A DNA stretch of 64,000 nt, taken from Minisyncoccota bacterium (lineage in GTDB: Bacteria; Patescibacteriota; Minisyncoccia; Moranbacterales; UBA1568). Under the pieces are notes generated by a model. That model saw only the letters and a program-made list of their open reading frames with translations. It made no database searches and was not told where the DNA came from. Of this stretch, positions 11,716 to 20,668 are shown in pieces (position 1 is the stretch's first letter; every line of letters starts with the position of its first letter). A program made the position numbers and the translations under genes. The stretch lies in contig JBPPMJ010000003.1 in assembly GCA_051306005.1 (NCBI GenBank), positions 33,764-97,763 of the forward strand, in the 5' to 3' direction.

Positions 11716-12132
11716 ATGAATAATTTTGAATCTCCCCAAAATAGTGTCGAGGAACCAAGAGAAATTAAGAAACTTAATTTCTATAAAGACACTGCGCGCA
11801 AAACATTGACCGGTGAACTCACTTATGGCGACACGGTGTATGAAGATTTGAGAAAATCTTTAGCGGAAGCCGAGGAAGCGAGTATTGATGTGTCCGCCCT
11901 TAAGGTTGAAGTCGAAGAAATTGTCGCTCAAATTCCTAGAGCTGAAATAAATAATGTGCTAAAGAAAACAGAAGAATTCGTCGAGAGTGGAGATATTGCT
12001 TCTGCAAAATCGTGGCACGCAGATTTGGAGAAAAGAATTAGTTATTGGGAAAGTAAGGGGGTATTGGAAAATGAAGAAATTTTGGCATTCCAAAAGAAGT
12101 GTAATGAAATTGGTTCAAAACTTTATTCATAA
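11716..12132 (+). CDS. Hypothetical acidic, probably helical protein (cassette cargo)
   Basis: 138-aa ORF from ATG 11716, AT-rich codon usage, no recognised motif. Confidence 0.75.
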   Translation: MNNFESPQNSVEEPREIKKLNFYKDTARKTLTGELTYGDTVYEDLRKSLAEAEEASIDVSALKVEVEEIVAQIPRAEINNVLKKTEEFVESGDIASAKSWHADLEKRISYWESKGVLENEEILAFQKKCNEIGSKLYS

Positions 12133-12161
12133 AAAGTCTATTGAATTTTTCAATATTTATT

Positions 12162-12329
12162 ATGCAAAATTTACAAACCCCACAAGAACAAGAATTGAAA
12201 CATAAAAATGAAAAGTTGAGATTTCAATTATGGAAAAATTCAGAAAAAGTTAAATTTTATGAATTCTTAAAATGGTCTCTTGAAAATCTAAAAATCAAGA
12301 AAATAAAGGACAGTTTATATGGGAATTGA
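12162..12329 (+). CDS. Small hypothetical protein (cassette cargo; possibly a fragment)
   Basis: 55-aa ORF MQNLQTPQEQELK.. overlapping the next start codon. Confidence 0.4.
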   Translation: MQNLQTPQEQELKHKNEKLRFQLWKNSEKVKFYEFLKWSLENLKIKKIKDSLYGN

Positions 12330-13125
12330 AAATCAAAAACCAAACGATAATGAGATAATAAAACCGACTTCGGAAGGCCAGGCTATTGAATCAGAGTCCC
12401 AAATTGTTGGAGCGGAAAAAGAAAGCCGAGAGCTTGAGTTGTCTCTTGAACAAAGCGAGAAACATGTTGAAAGCCTAGAGCAACAATTTAGCACACCTAC
12501 TAATGTTGAAAATCAAGCCGGAGTCTCTTTAGACCCCAGAATTATTGCCTACTTTAGAGAACAATTAGGACCAGAGGAAACTCTAAACAGATTGCGACAT
12601 CTTGGCCCAGATTGGATACCAAAAATTCAAGACGCAATTTTATCTGGAAAATTAGAAACCGTTGCATATTATATGAGCTTAGCCGATCCTGAAAATAATC
12701 CAGATGCGAATATAACAACGTACGCTGGCAAACGAACAGATTATAAAAATGATAAAGAATGGCTAGCTGCAGTTGATGCGGAAGACAGAGAAAGGATGTC
12801 TCATATCTTATCTTATGGTGCTAAACAAATGAATGTTGTAGAAGATATAAAAAGACGACACGACCCTGAACAAAAATATGGAGAACATTATAAAGGCCCT
12901 AAATTAGACGAGGTTTTAGAAAAACTTGGAATGAATAAAAAAGAAAGTAATGACCCTCAAGAAAAAGCTATCCAAGAAAAATTGCAATCAATACCTGACA
13001 AATTTAGAAAATTAAAATCAGCATTGTCTAGTATGAATCCTGATACTAGAAAAATAATTGTTGACGATAATAGTTTACTAAACGCGACAGAACAAGATTT
13101 TGAAAGGTGGCAAGGTTATCTTTAG
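12319..13125 (+). CDS. Hypothetical protein (cassette cargo)
   Basis: 268-aa ORF with E/Q/S-rich N-terminus; stop codon abuts the right repeat arm. Confidence 0.8.
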   Translation: MGIENQKPNDNEIIKPTSEGQAIESESQIVGAEKESRELELSLEQSEKHVESLEQQFSTPTNVENQAGVSLDPRIIAYFREQLGPEETLNRLRHLGPDWIPKIQDAILSGKLETVAYYMSLADPENNPDANITTYAGKRTDYKNDKEWLAAVDAEDRERMSHILSYGAKQMNVVEDIKRRHDPEQKYGEHYKGPKLDEVLEKLGMNKKESNDPQEKAIQEKLQSIPDKFRKLKSALSSMNPDTRKIIVDDNSLLNATEQDFERWQGYL

Positions 13126-13127
13126 AA

Positions 13128-13332
13128 GGAATTTTTTATTGTTGCGCGAAACGCCAAAAAAATCCCAGAAGCCCGCACGGATTCCTCCCCAGACCCCTCC
13201 TCCGCGCGGGAAATTCAGTCTCGGTTTTGCCAAATCCAAATCCCCAGAAAATAGTTTTGCTTTGCCGAGTTCGCATTGAAGCCCCGCCACACTGCCCGAA
13301 TATCTTTACAGGCAGAACCCCGAAAAGAAAAA
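13128..13332 (-). repeat. Right arm of long inverted repeat
   Basis: Reverse complement of 11446-11660 (see left arm). Confidence 0.97.
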
Positions 13333-13524
13333 TGTCCTTTCCATTTTAGAAAAATCCACCCCCGCGAAATACAGAAAAGCAAGAGACATTTTTCTTTTTT
13401 GGGTTGCCGAGTGAAGCGAGGCGGTGGCGAGGCGATTCGTCGAGTGTACGATTTAGTTTTGATTCATCATGCGCTTCGCGCGTGGCACATTGTCAGCGAT
13501 TTTGAAAAGGTTATTGTTCTATTC

Positions 13525-13610
13525 TGGTGCCGGGAGAGAGACTTGAACTCTCATGATATTGCTATCGCGGGATTTTGAGTCCCGTGTGTCTACCATTCCA
13601 CCATCCCGGC
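13525..13610 (-). tRNA. tRNA-Leu(CAA), CCA encoded
   Basis: Minus strand GCCGGGA..TGGTAGAC..CGGGA-CTCAAAA-TCCCG, long variable arm, GTTCAAGT, TCCCGGCACCA. Confidence 0.97.
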
Positions 13611-13662
13611 AATATGCGTCGCCTTTTTTCTAAGCCATAATCATCGACTAGAGCATAAAAAC

Positions 13663-13702
13663 AGCATAGAAAATTGATAATCATTTGTCAATGGACTATA
13701 CT
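13663..13702. promoter_or_regulatory. Overlapping divergent sigma70 promoters (parAB on +, tRNA-Leu on -)
   Basis: +: TTGATA(13674)-17-TATACT(13697); -: TTGACA(13691-13686)-17-TATGCT(13668-13663). Confidence 0.7.
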
Positions 13703-13802
13703 ATACAGTAGACAAATGATGATCAACAAGATATGTGCGTTGTTCCGATTGTTTGTGGTAAAGATTTTTTGTTTGTCGTGCATGTTATTCATTGACTGAC
13801 CT

Positions 13803-14594
13803 ATGGCAAAAATTATTGGATTTATCAATCAGAAAGGCGGGGTAGGCAAAACAACCTCGACTATCAATGTTGCACGTTATCTAGCTGAAATGGGCAAGAA
13901 GGTGCTTTTGGTAGACCTTGATCCGCAGGGTAATGCCTCATCAGGATTAGGGATTAATGCACGAGGTCTGGAAAAAAATCTGTATCATGCGATGATTCTT
14001 GGGCTCTCTCCACAGGAAATTATTTTGCGTACGGAAACAGAGGGATTGCATATCATCCCTGCAGCTCAGGATTTGGCGGGTGCCGAAGTGGAGATGGTGC
14101 ACATTGACCGTCGAGAGTTCCGTTTACAGGGTGTGTTACGTCAAGTACGTGCGTATTATGATTATATTCTTATCGATAGTCCACCATCACTCGGTCTTTT
14201 GACCATTAATGGCCTGGTAGCTTGTGATGAGGTGATTGTTCCTGTACAGACAGAATATTATGCATTGGAGGGTTTGAGTCAATTACTCGGAACCATCGAA
14301 TTGGTTCGTGAACATCTCCAACCGGAATTGCGTATCGGAGGCGCACTGTTGACGCTGTATGATCGGCGGAATCGCTTGGCGCGTCAAGTGGTTTCGGAGG
14401 TCCGTGCGCATTTCCCTGGACCAGTTTTTGAAAATGTCATTCCTCGTTCGGTGCGTTTAGCGGAAGCACCAAGTTTTGGTAAATCCATCCTTGATTTCGA
14501 TGCGTTTTCCAAAGGTGCTCGAGCGTATAAGGGGGTAGTACGGGAACTTTTGGAACGTGACGAAAAAGAACGAAAACAGTTGAAAGTTTTATAA
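13803..14594 (+). CDS. parA: ParA/Soj partitioning ATPase
   Basis: NQKGGVGKTT, DLDPQGN, DSPPSLG, LAEAPSFG. Confidence 0.97.
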   Translation: MAKIIGFINQKGGVGKTTSTINVARYLAEMGKKVLLVDLDPQGNASSGLGINARGLEKNLYHAMILGLSPQEIILRTETEGLHIIPAAQDLAGAEVEMVHIDRREFRLQGVLRQVRAYYDYILIDSPPSLGLLTINGLVACDEVIVPVQTEYYALEGLSQLLGTIELVREHLQPELRIGGALLTLYDRRNRLARQVVSEVRAHFPGPVFENVIPRSVRLAEAPSFGKSILDFDAFSKGARAYKGVVRELLERDEKERKQLKVL

Positions 14595-14614
14595 TTGTTT
14601 GATTTCTGTATCTT

Positions 14615-15583
14615 ATGGCACAACAGTATGGACTCGGTCGTGGTTTGGCTTCACTCATACCACCAAAGAAACTCGTGGATGATCAGAGTAATTCTTCTCC
14701 TTTTCAAGATGCGGAAACGATCAAGCACCCCGTTTTCTCTCCATCTGCATCGGTCAGTATCCCAACAGCTTCCGTCTCGGTACCTACGACGGTTCTTCCG
14801 CACGTGATCCACGCAAGTGAACTCGAAGTTCCGATTGACAAGATTGTTCCCAATCCACATCAACCACGTATGCATTTTGATGAGGACAAATTAAAGGAAT
14901 TGATGTCATCCATTCAGGAGCATGGAATTTTGCAACCTTTGATTGTGAGTGAAGTGGGGGAGTACTATGAATTGATTGCTGGGGAACGGCGTTTGCAATC
15001 GGCAAAAAAATTGGGCTTGCGGACAGTGCCAGTCGTAGTACGAAGTGTGACGGAACAGCAGAAATTAGAACTTGCTATTATTGAAAATATTCAACGTCAT
15101 AATCTCAATCCGATTGAAGAAGCGAAAGCCTATTTGCGTCTTTTGGATGAATTTGGTTTGCATCAGGAAGCGGTGGCACAAAAGATGGGCAAAAGTCGAA
15201 GTGGAGTGGCAAATACACTGCGTCTTTTGCATTTGCCGGTGGAAATTCAACGCGCAGTCGCATCGGGGAAGATTAGCGAGGGTCATGCCAAGGCATTGCT
15301 TTCCATTGAAAATCCAGAGAAACAGCGAGCTGTGTTTGATTTGATTCTAAAGGAGGAAATGACAGTACGGGAGACGGAAGTCAAGGTGCGGAGTATCGCA
15401 GTCAAGCCCCATGTACGCAGTACGACGCACCTTCATCCGGATGTTGTGGAACGGATGGACCATCTGACACAGATTTTGGGTACAAAAGTCAAAATTACTT
15501 CTTCTGGTAAGGGTGGAAAAATTTTGATCGAATACTACTCACCAGAAGATCTGGATGGGTTATTGCGTCGTTTGGAAAAGTAG
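14615..15583 (+). CDS. parB: ParB/Spo0J partitioning protein
   Basis: GLGRGL N-terminus, PNPHQPR, AGERR, ENIQR, HTH. Confidence 0.97.
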   Translation: MAQQYGLGRGLASLIPPKKLVDDQSNSSPFQDAETIKHPVFSPSASVSIPTASVSVPTTVLPHVIHASELEVPIDKIVPNPHQPRMHFDEDKLKELMSSIQEHGILQPLIVSEVGEYYELIAGERRLQSAKKLGLRTVPVVVRSVTEQQKLELAIIENIQRHNLNPIEEAKAYLRLLDEFGLHQEAVAQKMGKSRSGVANTLRLLHLPVEIQRAVASGKISEGHAKALLSIENPEKQRAVFDLILKEEMTVRETEVKVRSIAVKPHVRSTTHLHPDVVERMDHLTQILGTKVKITSSGKGGKILIEYYSPEDLDGLLRRLEK

Positions 15584-15635
15584 AGGATAGTTATGTGTGA
15601 AAGTTGTTTTTGACGAGAGATCGCATTTTTTATAT

Positions 15636-16739
15636 TTACAGCAAATTGTTTTTATCTGTTTTTTTGAGTTGTTCCAAAAGCGTTTTGACATTGGCGGAAA
15701 TATCATCACGATGTGCTACAAGCAGGATGTCATCTGTGTCAACAATAATTAAATCTTTGAGACCAATGGTTGCCACGAGCCGTTCTTTCCCGTATATCAA
15801 GATATTTTTACTGTCAAAATCTATATGCTGACCGCGGGAAATCATATGCGTGCCATTTTTTTCTTGAAGGAAAGCGTGTAAGTTACTCCAGCTACCCACA
15901 TCACTCCATCTGAGCGCACTTGGAATGACCAAACGTTGTTCTGCGGAGAGTTTTTCGACGATGAGTGTGTCTATCGGTTCATTGCGTGCGTGTGCATAAA
16001 GCATACTCCGTTTCTCCAGTGATTGATCCAGACTTTCCGTAAGATCGGTGATGACTTGATACAACTCAGGCGTCAACTTGTGAGTCCATTGCGCGAATTG
16101 TCTGGCGGAAAAAATGAAATAGCCTGCGTTCCAGAGGTATTCCCAATTGGAGAGATATTCTTCCGCCGTGACGAGGTCAGGCTTTTCTTTGAACGCATCA
16201 ATATGGAAAATGCGTTTTTCTTCAATGGTGGCAAATTCCTTCCCCATTTTTATATAACCCAGTCCGGTATCTGGATGTGTGGGATTGATACCGACCGTGA
16301 CTAACTTGTCCGGATATTGCATGAGCGTCGTATAGGCGACTCGAAGGGTCGTTTCAAATTCTTCGGGATTTTCGATGGCATGATCCGAGGCGATGGTAGC
16401 CACGATGGCATCGGGATCGATTTTGGCGACCGTCGCGGCGACCAGTGCGATGGCTGGGGCAGTGTTGCGTGGCTGTGGTTCCACTATGAGTCTGGCTGGT
16501 GTTATTTCAGGTAATTGTTCCAAGACAAGTGCCTGGTATTGATCAGTTGTAGAAACGAAAATGTTGTCTTTTGGTACGATGCGCGCCACTCGTTGAAATG
16601 TTTCCTGGATCATCGTTTGTTGTGAAATAAACGCATGGAATTGTTTGGGCATATGCTTGCGTGACAATGGCCAGAGTCGAGTGCCCGATCCTCCGGCCAT
16701 GATGACAGCGTAAGTATGCGCATTATTTTTTGAAGACAT
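15636..16739 (-). CDS. manC: Mannose-1-phosphate guanylyltransferase
   Basis: IMAGGSGTRLWPLSR..PKQF, RNTAPA, FKEKP, WNAG, WSDVGSW. Confidence 0.93.
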   Translation of the reverse strand: MSSKNNAHTYAVIMAGGSGTRLWPLSRKHMPKQFHAFISQQTMIQETFQRVARIVPKDNIFVSTTDQYQALVLEQLPEITPARLIVEPQPRNTAPAIALVAATVAKIDPDAIVATIASDHAIENPEEFETTLRVAYTTLMQYPDKLVTVGINPTHPDTGLGYIKMGKEFATIEEKRIFHIDAFKEKPDLVTAEEYLSNWEYLWNAGYFIFSARQFAQWTHKLTPELYQVITDLTESLDQSLEKRSMLYAHARNEPIDTLIVEKLSAEQRLVIPSALRWSDVGSWSNLHAFLQEKNGTHMISRGQHIDFDSKNILIYGKERLVATIGLKDLIIVDTDDILLVAHRDDISANVKTLLEQLKKTDKNNLL

Positions 16740-17013
16740 AAATCGAGTGAGTGTATTATTTTTTTATCAAACATTCCTTTATCATAGTATACGGGGTGTT
16801 TTCTTTTTGAACAATCGTCTAAAGGAACATTTTTTTAGAAACGACAATGAAACAGAGCATCACTATGCAGAGTATTGGATATATTAAGTGCGCCATAAGG
16901 CTTTGCACTGCTTCTTTTAGGTAATATTTTGATATTTTTGAAAAAATACTTTATACTATATTTAAAGTATTTTTAAGGAGGGGTAGTTATTACTTGTAAC
17001 GTATTGATAATGT

Positions 17014-19656
17014 ATGATATCTGAAAAGCCGTCATTTGTGCATTTTAAAGAAAGGATGAATCTGTCGTCATCAACGCAGACTTTGCCAAAAGACACACCG
17101 GTACAAAATACCACTGGTGTACACACCGATTTCAAGGGACCGAATACAATACAAAGGAGTAGCGTCGCAGGCCATCATTCCAAGACCGCGAGTTTTTTAG
17201 AAGGCGTTGTTTCAGTGAGTTTGGTGGCCTTGTTTTTTGGATTACCGTTATTTTTTACTGGCCTCACTTTTCAGGGAATTGTTTTTGAAAAGCAAATATA
17301 TTTTTATTTCTGGCTTTTGATTGGTGTTGTGGCATGGGCATCCAAAGGCATCGTTGTCGGAGAAATGCGTATTCGCCGAACACCATTGGACATACCGCTT
17401 CTCTTGTTTTGGCTCTTTTATGTTGTAACCGCCTTTTTTTCCGTCGATCGCTGGCATAGCTTCTGGGGATCGTTTGGTGATCCGTCACGAGGAGTGATTG
17501 CAGTCACCGCGTTTGTGTTGGTATATTATTTTGTACTTAGTCATTTCAATCCCAAGCGTTTTTATTGGATGTTCTGGTCATTTTTGATGTCGGGTTTTTT
17601 GGTGACCGTATGGAGTTTTTTGGTGGTCATGAAATGGACTTTTCTGCCGGAAGCATTACTGCGTATTGCACCCATGAGCCTCATGGGAAGTATATCTGCA
17701 CTTGGAATATTCCTGGGTTTCTTGATCCCGATTTTCATGCTCGGCACCTTTCTGTTGTGGAAGGTTGATACGCGTGTTTCCAAAAAAATGCGTGCCGTGG
17801 GGGTGACAATAATCTTATTAGGGCTTCTTTTGGCATTATTCTTATTGTTAGCGCTTTACTCATTTGTCTCATGGATCATGGTTATCGGGGGGCTGAGTTT
17901 TTTTCTCGTATATGTTCTGTCACAGGTAGTCCGTCCCGCTGAACAATGGACGTGGGTTCCCATGGCCGTTTTTATTATCGTTTTGGCCTTTCTGATGATT
18001 GGACAAAACAATTTAGTGCGTGTGACACTGCCAGTTGAAGTGGCTCCAAACATCAATCTTTCTTGGAAGATTGCCAAGGATGCCTTGCAGGAAAATTTTC
18101 TGACTGGCACAGGACCGGCAAATTATGGCTATGCTTTCTCTTTGTTTCGTCCGCAAGAATACAATTTAAATTCATTGTATACACTGCGTTTCTATCAGGG
18201 GTCCGGTATGCCTTTTGAAATGCTTTCGACTATCGGCGTTATCGGAACGGTCTTGTTTATGCTACTTTGGCTCTCAGCGCTTTCAGTGGGTTTCTTTTTA
18301 TTGACAAGTGACAGACAGCGAAACAAAGTAGCATCACTCGGTCTTTGGACAGTCAGTGTGATGTTTTTTCTGGCTAGTATGTCGGTGATGATGAATGGAA
18401 CGTTGCTTGCGCTCGGTGTACTACTAACGACACTTGCTCTCGGAGTTCTGTTGTGGGAGAGTGGCACTGAAGAGCGATATATTCAACTGTCTTTCAAGAC
18501 ATCTCCAAAATTCGCCCTTGCGCTTGCTTTCATTTTTATGGTTGTGTCCGCAGGTGTAGCGTTTTTGTTTGTCTTTATGGGGAAAGTTTTTGTGGCAGAT
18601 GTCTCTGTTGGCAAGGCAGTGCGCATGTCTGTGAATGGACCGAGTCTTGATGCAGTCAATGTGTTATCGCGCTCTATCGAAATTTATCCGCAAGAGGGTC
18701 ATTATTATACTCGTTTGGGACAAGAATATATGGCACTTGCCAATATGGAAGCAGGAAAACCCGATGATACACGGGATACAGATGCGGTTGTGGCATATGT
18801 GCGTGAAGCGATTAATGCTGGGGAAATATCTAAGCGAATTATGCCCAATGATGTAATGACTGTGGAATTATTGGGACTTTTGTATGAGAATGCTGGACTG
18901 TATGCGAGTGACGCATTAGCCAGTGCTGAAGTCTTGTATAAACGAGCCTTAGAATTAGAGCCACATAATCCATTGTATTCTTTGAAATTGGGACAAATCA
19001 AAAAATCAGAAGGTGACAAGATGAAGGGTGCGGATCAGAGTACGCGTTATCAAGAGGCAAAAACATTGTTTGAAACTGCTATTGCAGAGAAAAAAGATTT
19101 GTCAGTAGCTCACTATAACCTCTCTGTCGTATTGGCGCGTTTACAAGAAATAGATCAAGCCATCGAAAGTGCGAAAATGGCCGTTTTTCTTGATAGTCAG
19201 AATTTGAATTATCGTTATAACGCTGGTGTGTTGTATCAGTTACGTGCCAAGGAAGGAGATTTGACAGTGGCTGAATCAATATTCAAAGATATCCTCAGCG
19301 TGAATGATAAATTGATTGATGTACGTTTGAGTCTGGGGCTTTTGTATGAGGCACAGAAGAAAAATGATCTCGCCATTGCGGAATATGAAAACATTCTCAC
19401 CAATATCTCTGCAGAAGGAGACGAAGGCACTTTCAGTAAAACTCGTGAACAGATACTGCAGTTTATTGCGAATGTGCGTAATGGTACGGGTAATTTAAAA
19501 CAGGCTAACAATGTTTCTTCTGCGGAAATCACACCTCCTGTTTCGACTCCTGCACCAGCATTGGCACCGGAAACTTCTGCTGTCTCACCAACCAACCAAC
19601 CAGCACCTCCGCTGTTTCCTCCGGCTCCATCGCCATCAGAACCAACAACTCCATAG
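17014..19656 (+). CDS. Polytopic O-antigen-ligase-like membrane protein with TPR domain and Pro-rich tail
   Basis: Many TM segments, W..A....ENFLTGTGPANY loop motif, TPR-like repeats (ALELEPHN..AHYNL), P/A/S/T-rich C-terminus; start uncertain. Confidence 0.7.
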   Translation: MISEKPSFVHFKERMNLSSSTQTLPKDTPVQNTTGVHTDFKGPNTIQRSSVAGHHSKTASFLEGVVSVSLVALFFGLPLFFTGLTFQGIVFEKQIYFYFWLLIGVVAWASKGIVVGEMRIRRTPLDIPLLLFWLFYVVTAFFSVDRWHSFWGSFGDPSRGVIAVTAFVLVYYFVLSHFNPKRFYWMFWSFLMSGFLVTVWSFLVVMKWTFLPEALLRIAPMSLMGSISALGIFLGFLIPIFMLGTFLLWKVDTRVSKKMRAVGVTIILLGLLLALFLLLALYSFVSWIMVIGGLSFFLVYVLSQVVRPAEQWTWVPMAVFIIVLAFLMIGQNNLVRVTLPVEVAPNINLSWKIAKDALQENFLTGTGPANYGYAFSLFRPQEYNLNSLYTLRFYQGSGMPFEMLSTIGVIGTVLFMLLWLSALSVGFFLLTSDRQRNKVASLGLWTVSVMFFLASMSVMMNGTLLALGVLLTTLALGVLLWESGTEERYIQLSFKTSPKFALALAFIFMVVSAGVAFLFVFMGKVFVADVSVGKAVRMSVNGPSLDAVNVLSRSIEIYPQEGHYYTRLGQEYMALANMEAGKPDDTRDTDAVVAYVREAINAGEISKRIMPNDVMTVELLGLLYENAGLYASDALASAEVLYKRALELEPHNPLYSLKLGQIKKSEGDKMKGADQSTRYQEAKTLFETAIAEKKDLSVAHYNLSVVLARLQEIDQAIESAKMAVFLDSQNLNYRYNAGVLYQLRAKEGDLTVAESIFKDILSVNDKLIDVRLSLGLLYEAQKKNDLAIAEYENILTNISAEGDEGTFSKTREQILQFIANVRNGTGNLKQANNVSSAEITPPVSTPAPALAPETSAVSPTNQPAPPLFPPAPSPSEPTTP

Positions 19657-19937
19657 CAGAGTCGGGCAACACTTCCCGCTGTTCTTTTTTGGGCACCACA
19701 ACACGTAATGTTTGAGTGTTCTATAGTATGTGAAAGATTTGATACCAGAACTCTTGACCGTTTTTGGAAATAAGAGTATGGTAGAATGGTGTTCGAAACG
19801 GTTTGCTTTTTGTTGAAAAATGTTCGGCGAGGAGCGTATTTTTTGGAACACGCCTCAACTTCATACAGGTATGAAGTATCTTTTCTTGATGAGTGGGTCT
19901 CCACTCTTTGTTCTTTGCACAATACAGGGGTTTGAAA

Positions 19938-20570
19938 ATGAATTGTTGTGAAAATGCCGTATCAATGGTTGGCGACGAAAGGTCTGCCAGTATCTATGTG
20001 CCCTCTTTTCACATGGGACATCATCCGATTGGATCTGTGCCTATTGCTGACGTGGAAGATCTTGTCCGTACAGGACTCCTGACGGAATGTGATGGGCATC
20101 AGATATACGCTTTACAAGGTAAGGCACTCGGCTTGGTGTGTTCTGATCCAGCAATGCAGGAACACAAGATTCGGATTTTGAATCGCTCGGGTCCTTTGTC
20201 TATCTGGTCATTACCTGGATATGGACTGCGCTTTGATCCACAGGGCATGTTGCCAAATGAAGTGCCAGCACGGATAATGGAAATTCAAAAATTTTTGCAA
20301 GATGTCGGCATTCCACATTTTGGTTTGCGGGCTGTGGTGTTTGGAGCGCATGCTCCCTGTGGTGCTTCTGGGGGAATGACACTCAAAGAGGTATGCCGAT
20401 CTGTGGCGATTGGTGCCAGACATCTCAAACAGGCGTTGTTGAGTGCTGATATGACAAAACACTTCACCGTTTTTCCGACCATTTTTATCAATACGGAGAT
20501 GACGTCTCCTTCTGGTGAAACATCAATTCAATTGTTGTCATGGAAGTACATCAACAAGGGTATCCTGTAG
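19938..20570 (+). CDS. Hypothetical protein with beta-carbonic-anhydrase-like C-x-D...H-x-x-C motif
   Basis: LVCSDP and GAHAPCGA; adjacent to SulP. Confidence 0.55.
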   Translation: MNCCENAVSMVGDERSASIYVPSFHMGHHPIGSVPIADVEDLVRTGLLTECDGHQIYALQGKALGLVCSDPAMQEHKIRILNRSGPLSIWSLPGYGLRFDPQGMLPNEVPARIMEIQKFLQDVGIPHFGLRAVVFGAHAPCGASGGMTLKEVCRSVAIGARHLKQALLSADMTKHFTVFPTIFINTEMTSPSGETSIQLLSWKYINKGIL

Positions 20571-20580
20571 CCATTATTGT

Positions 20581-20617
20581 GGATGAGTGTGTGTTACGCA
20601 CCACTCATCCTTCTTTC
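20581..20617 (+). terminator. Intrinsic terminator-like hairpin
   Basis: GGATGAGTG/CACTCATCC 9-bp stem followed by TTCTTT. Confidence 0.6.
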
Positions 20618-20668
20618 GCTTTGTAGTATACATTGTATTGTTTTTATCCATCAATATCTTTATTATTT

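Larger units (their letters stand above)
11446..13332. mobile_element. Inverted-repeat-bounded orphan-gene cassette next to tRNA-Leu; no transposase or integrase encoded
   Basis: ~200-bp inverted repeats at both ends, visibly AT-rich cargo, ~190 bp from tRNA 3' end. Confidence 0.7.

Noticed and set aside
11196-11758. ORFs 11196-11702, 11279-11563 and 11498-11758, and their mirrors at 13078-13349
   Set aside because: They are translations of the repeat arms, open in several frames with no protein-like motif; treated as non-coding.
13611-17013. parS sites or oriC near parAB
   Set aside because: No TGTTTCACGTGAAACA-like palindrome or DnaA-box cluster seen by eye; a formal scan was not run.
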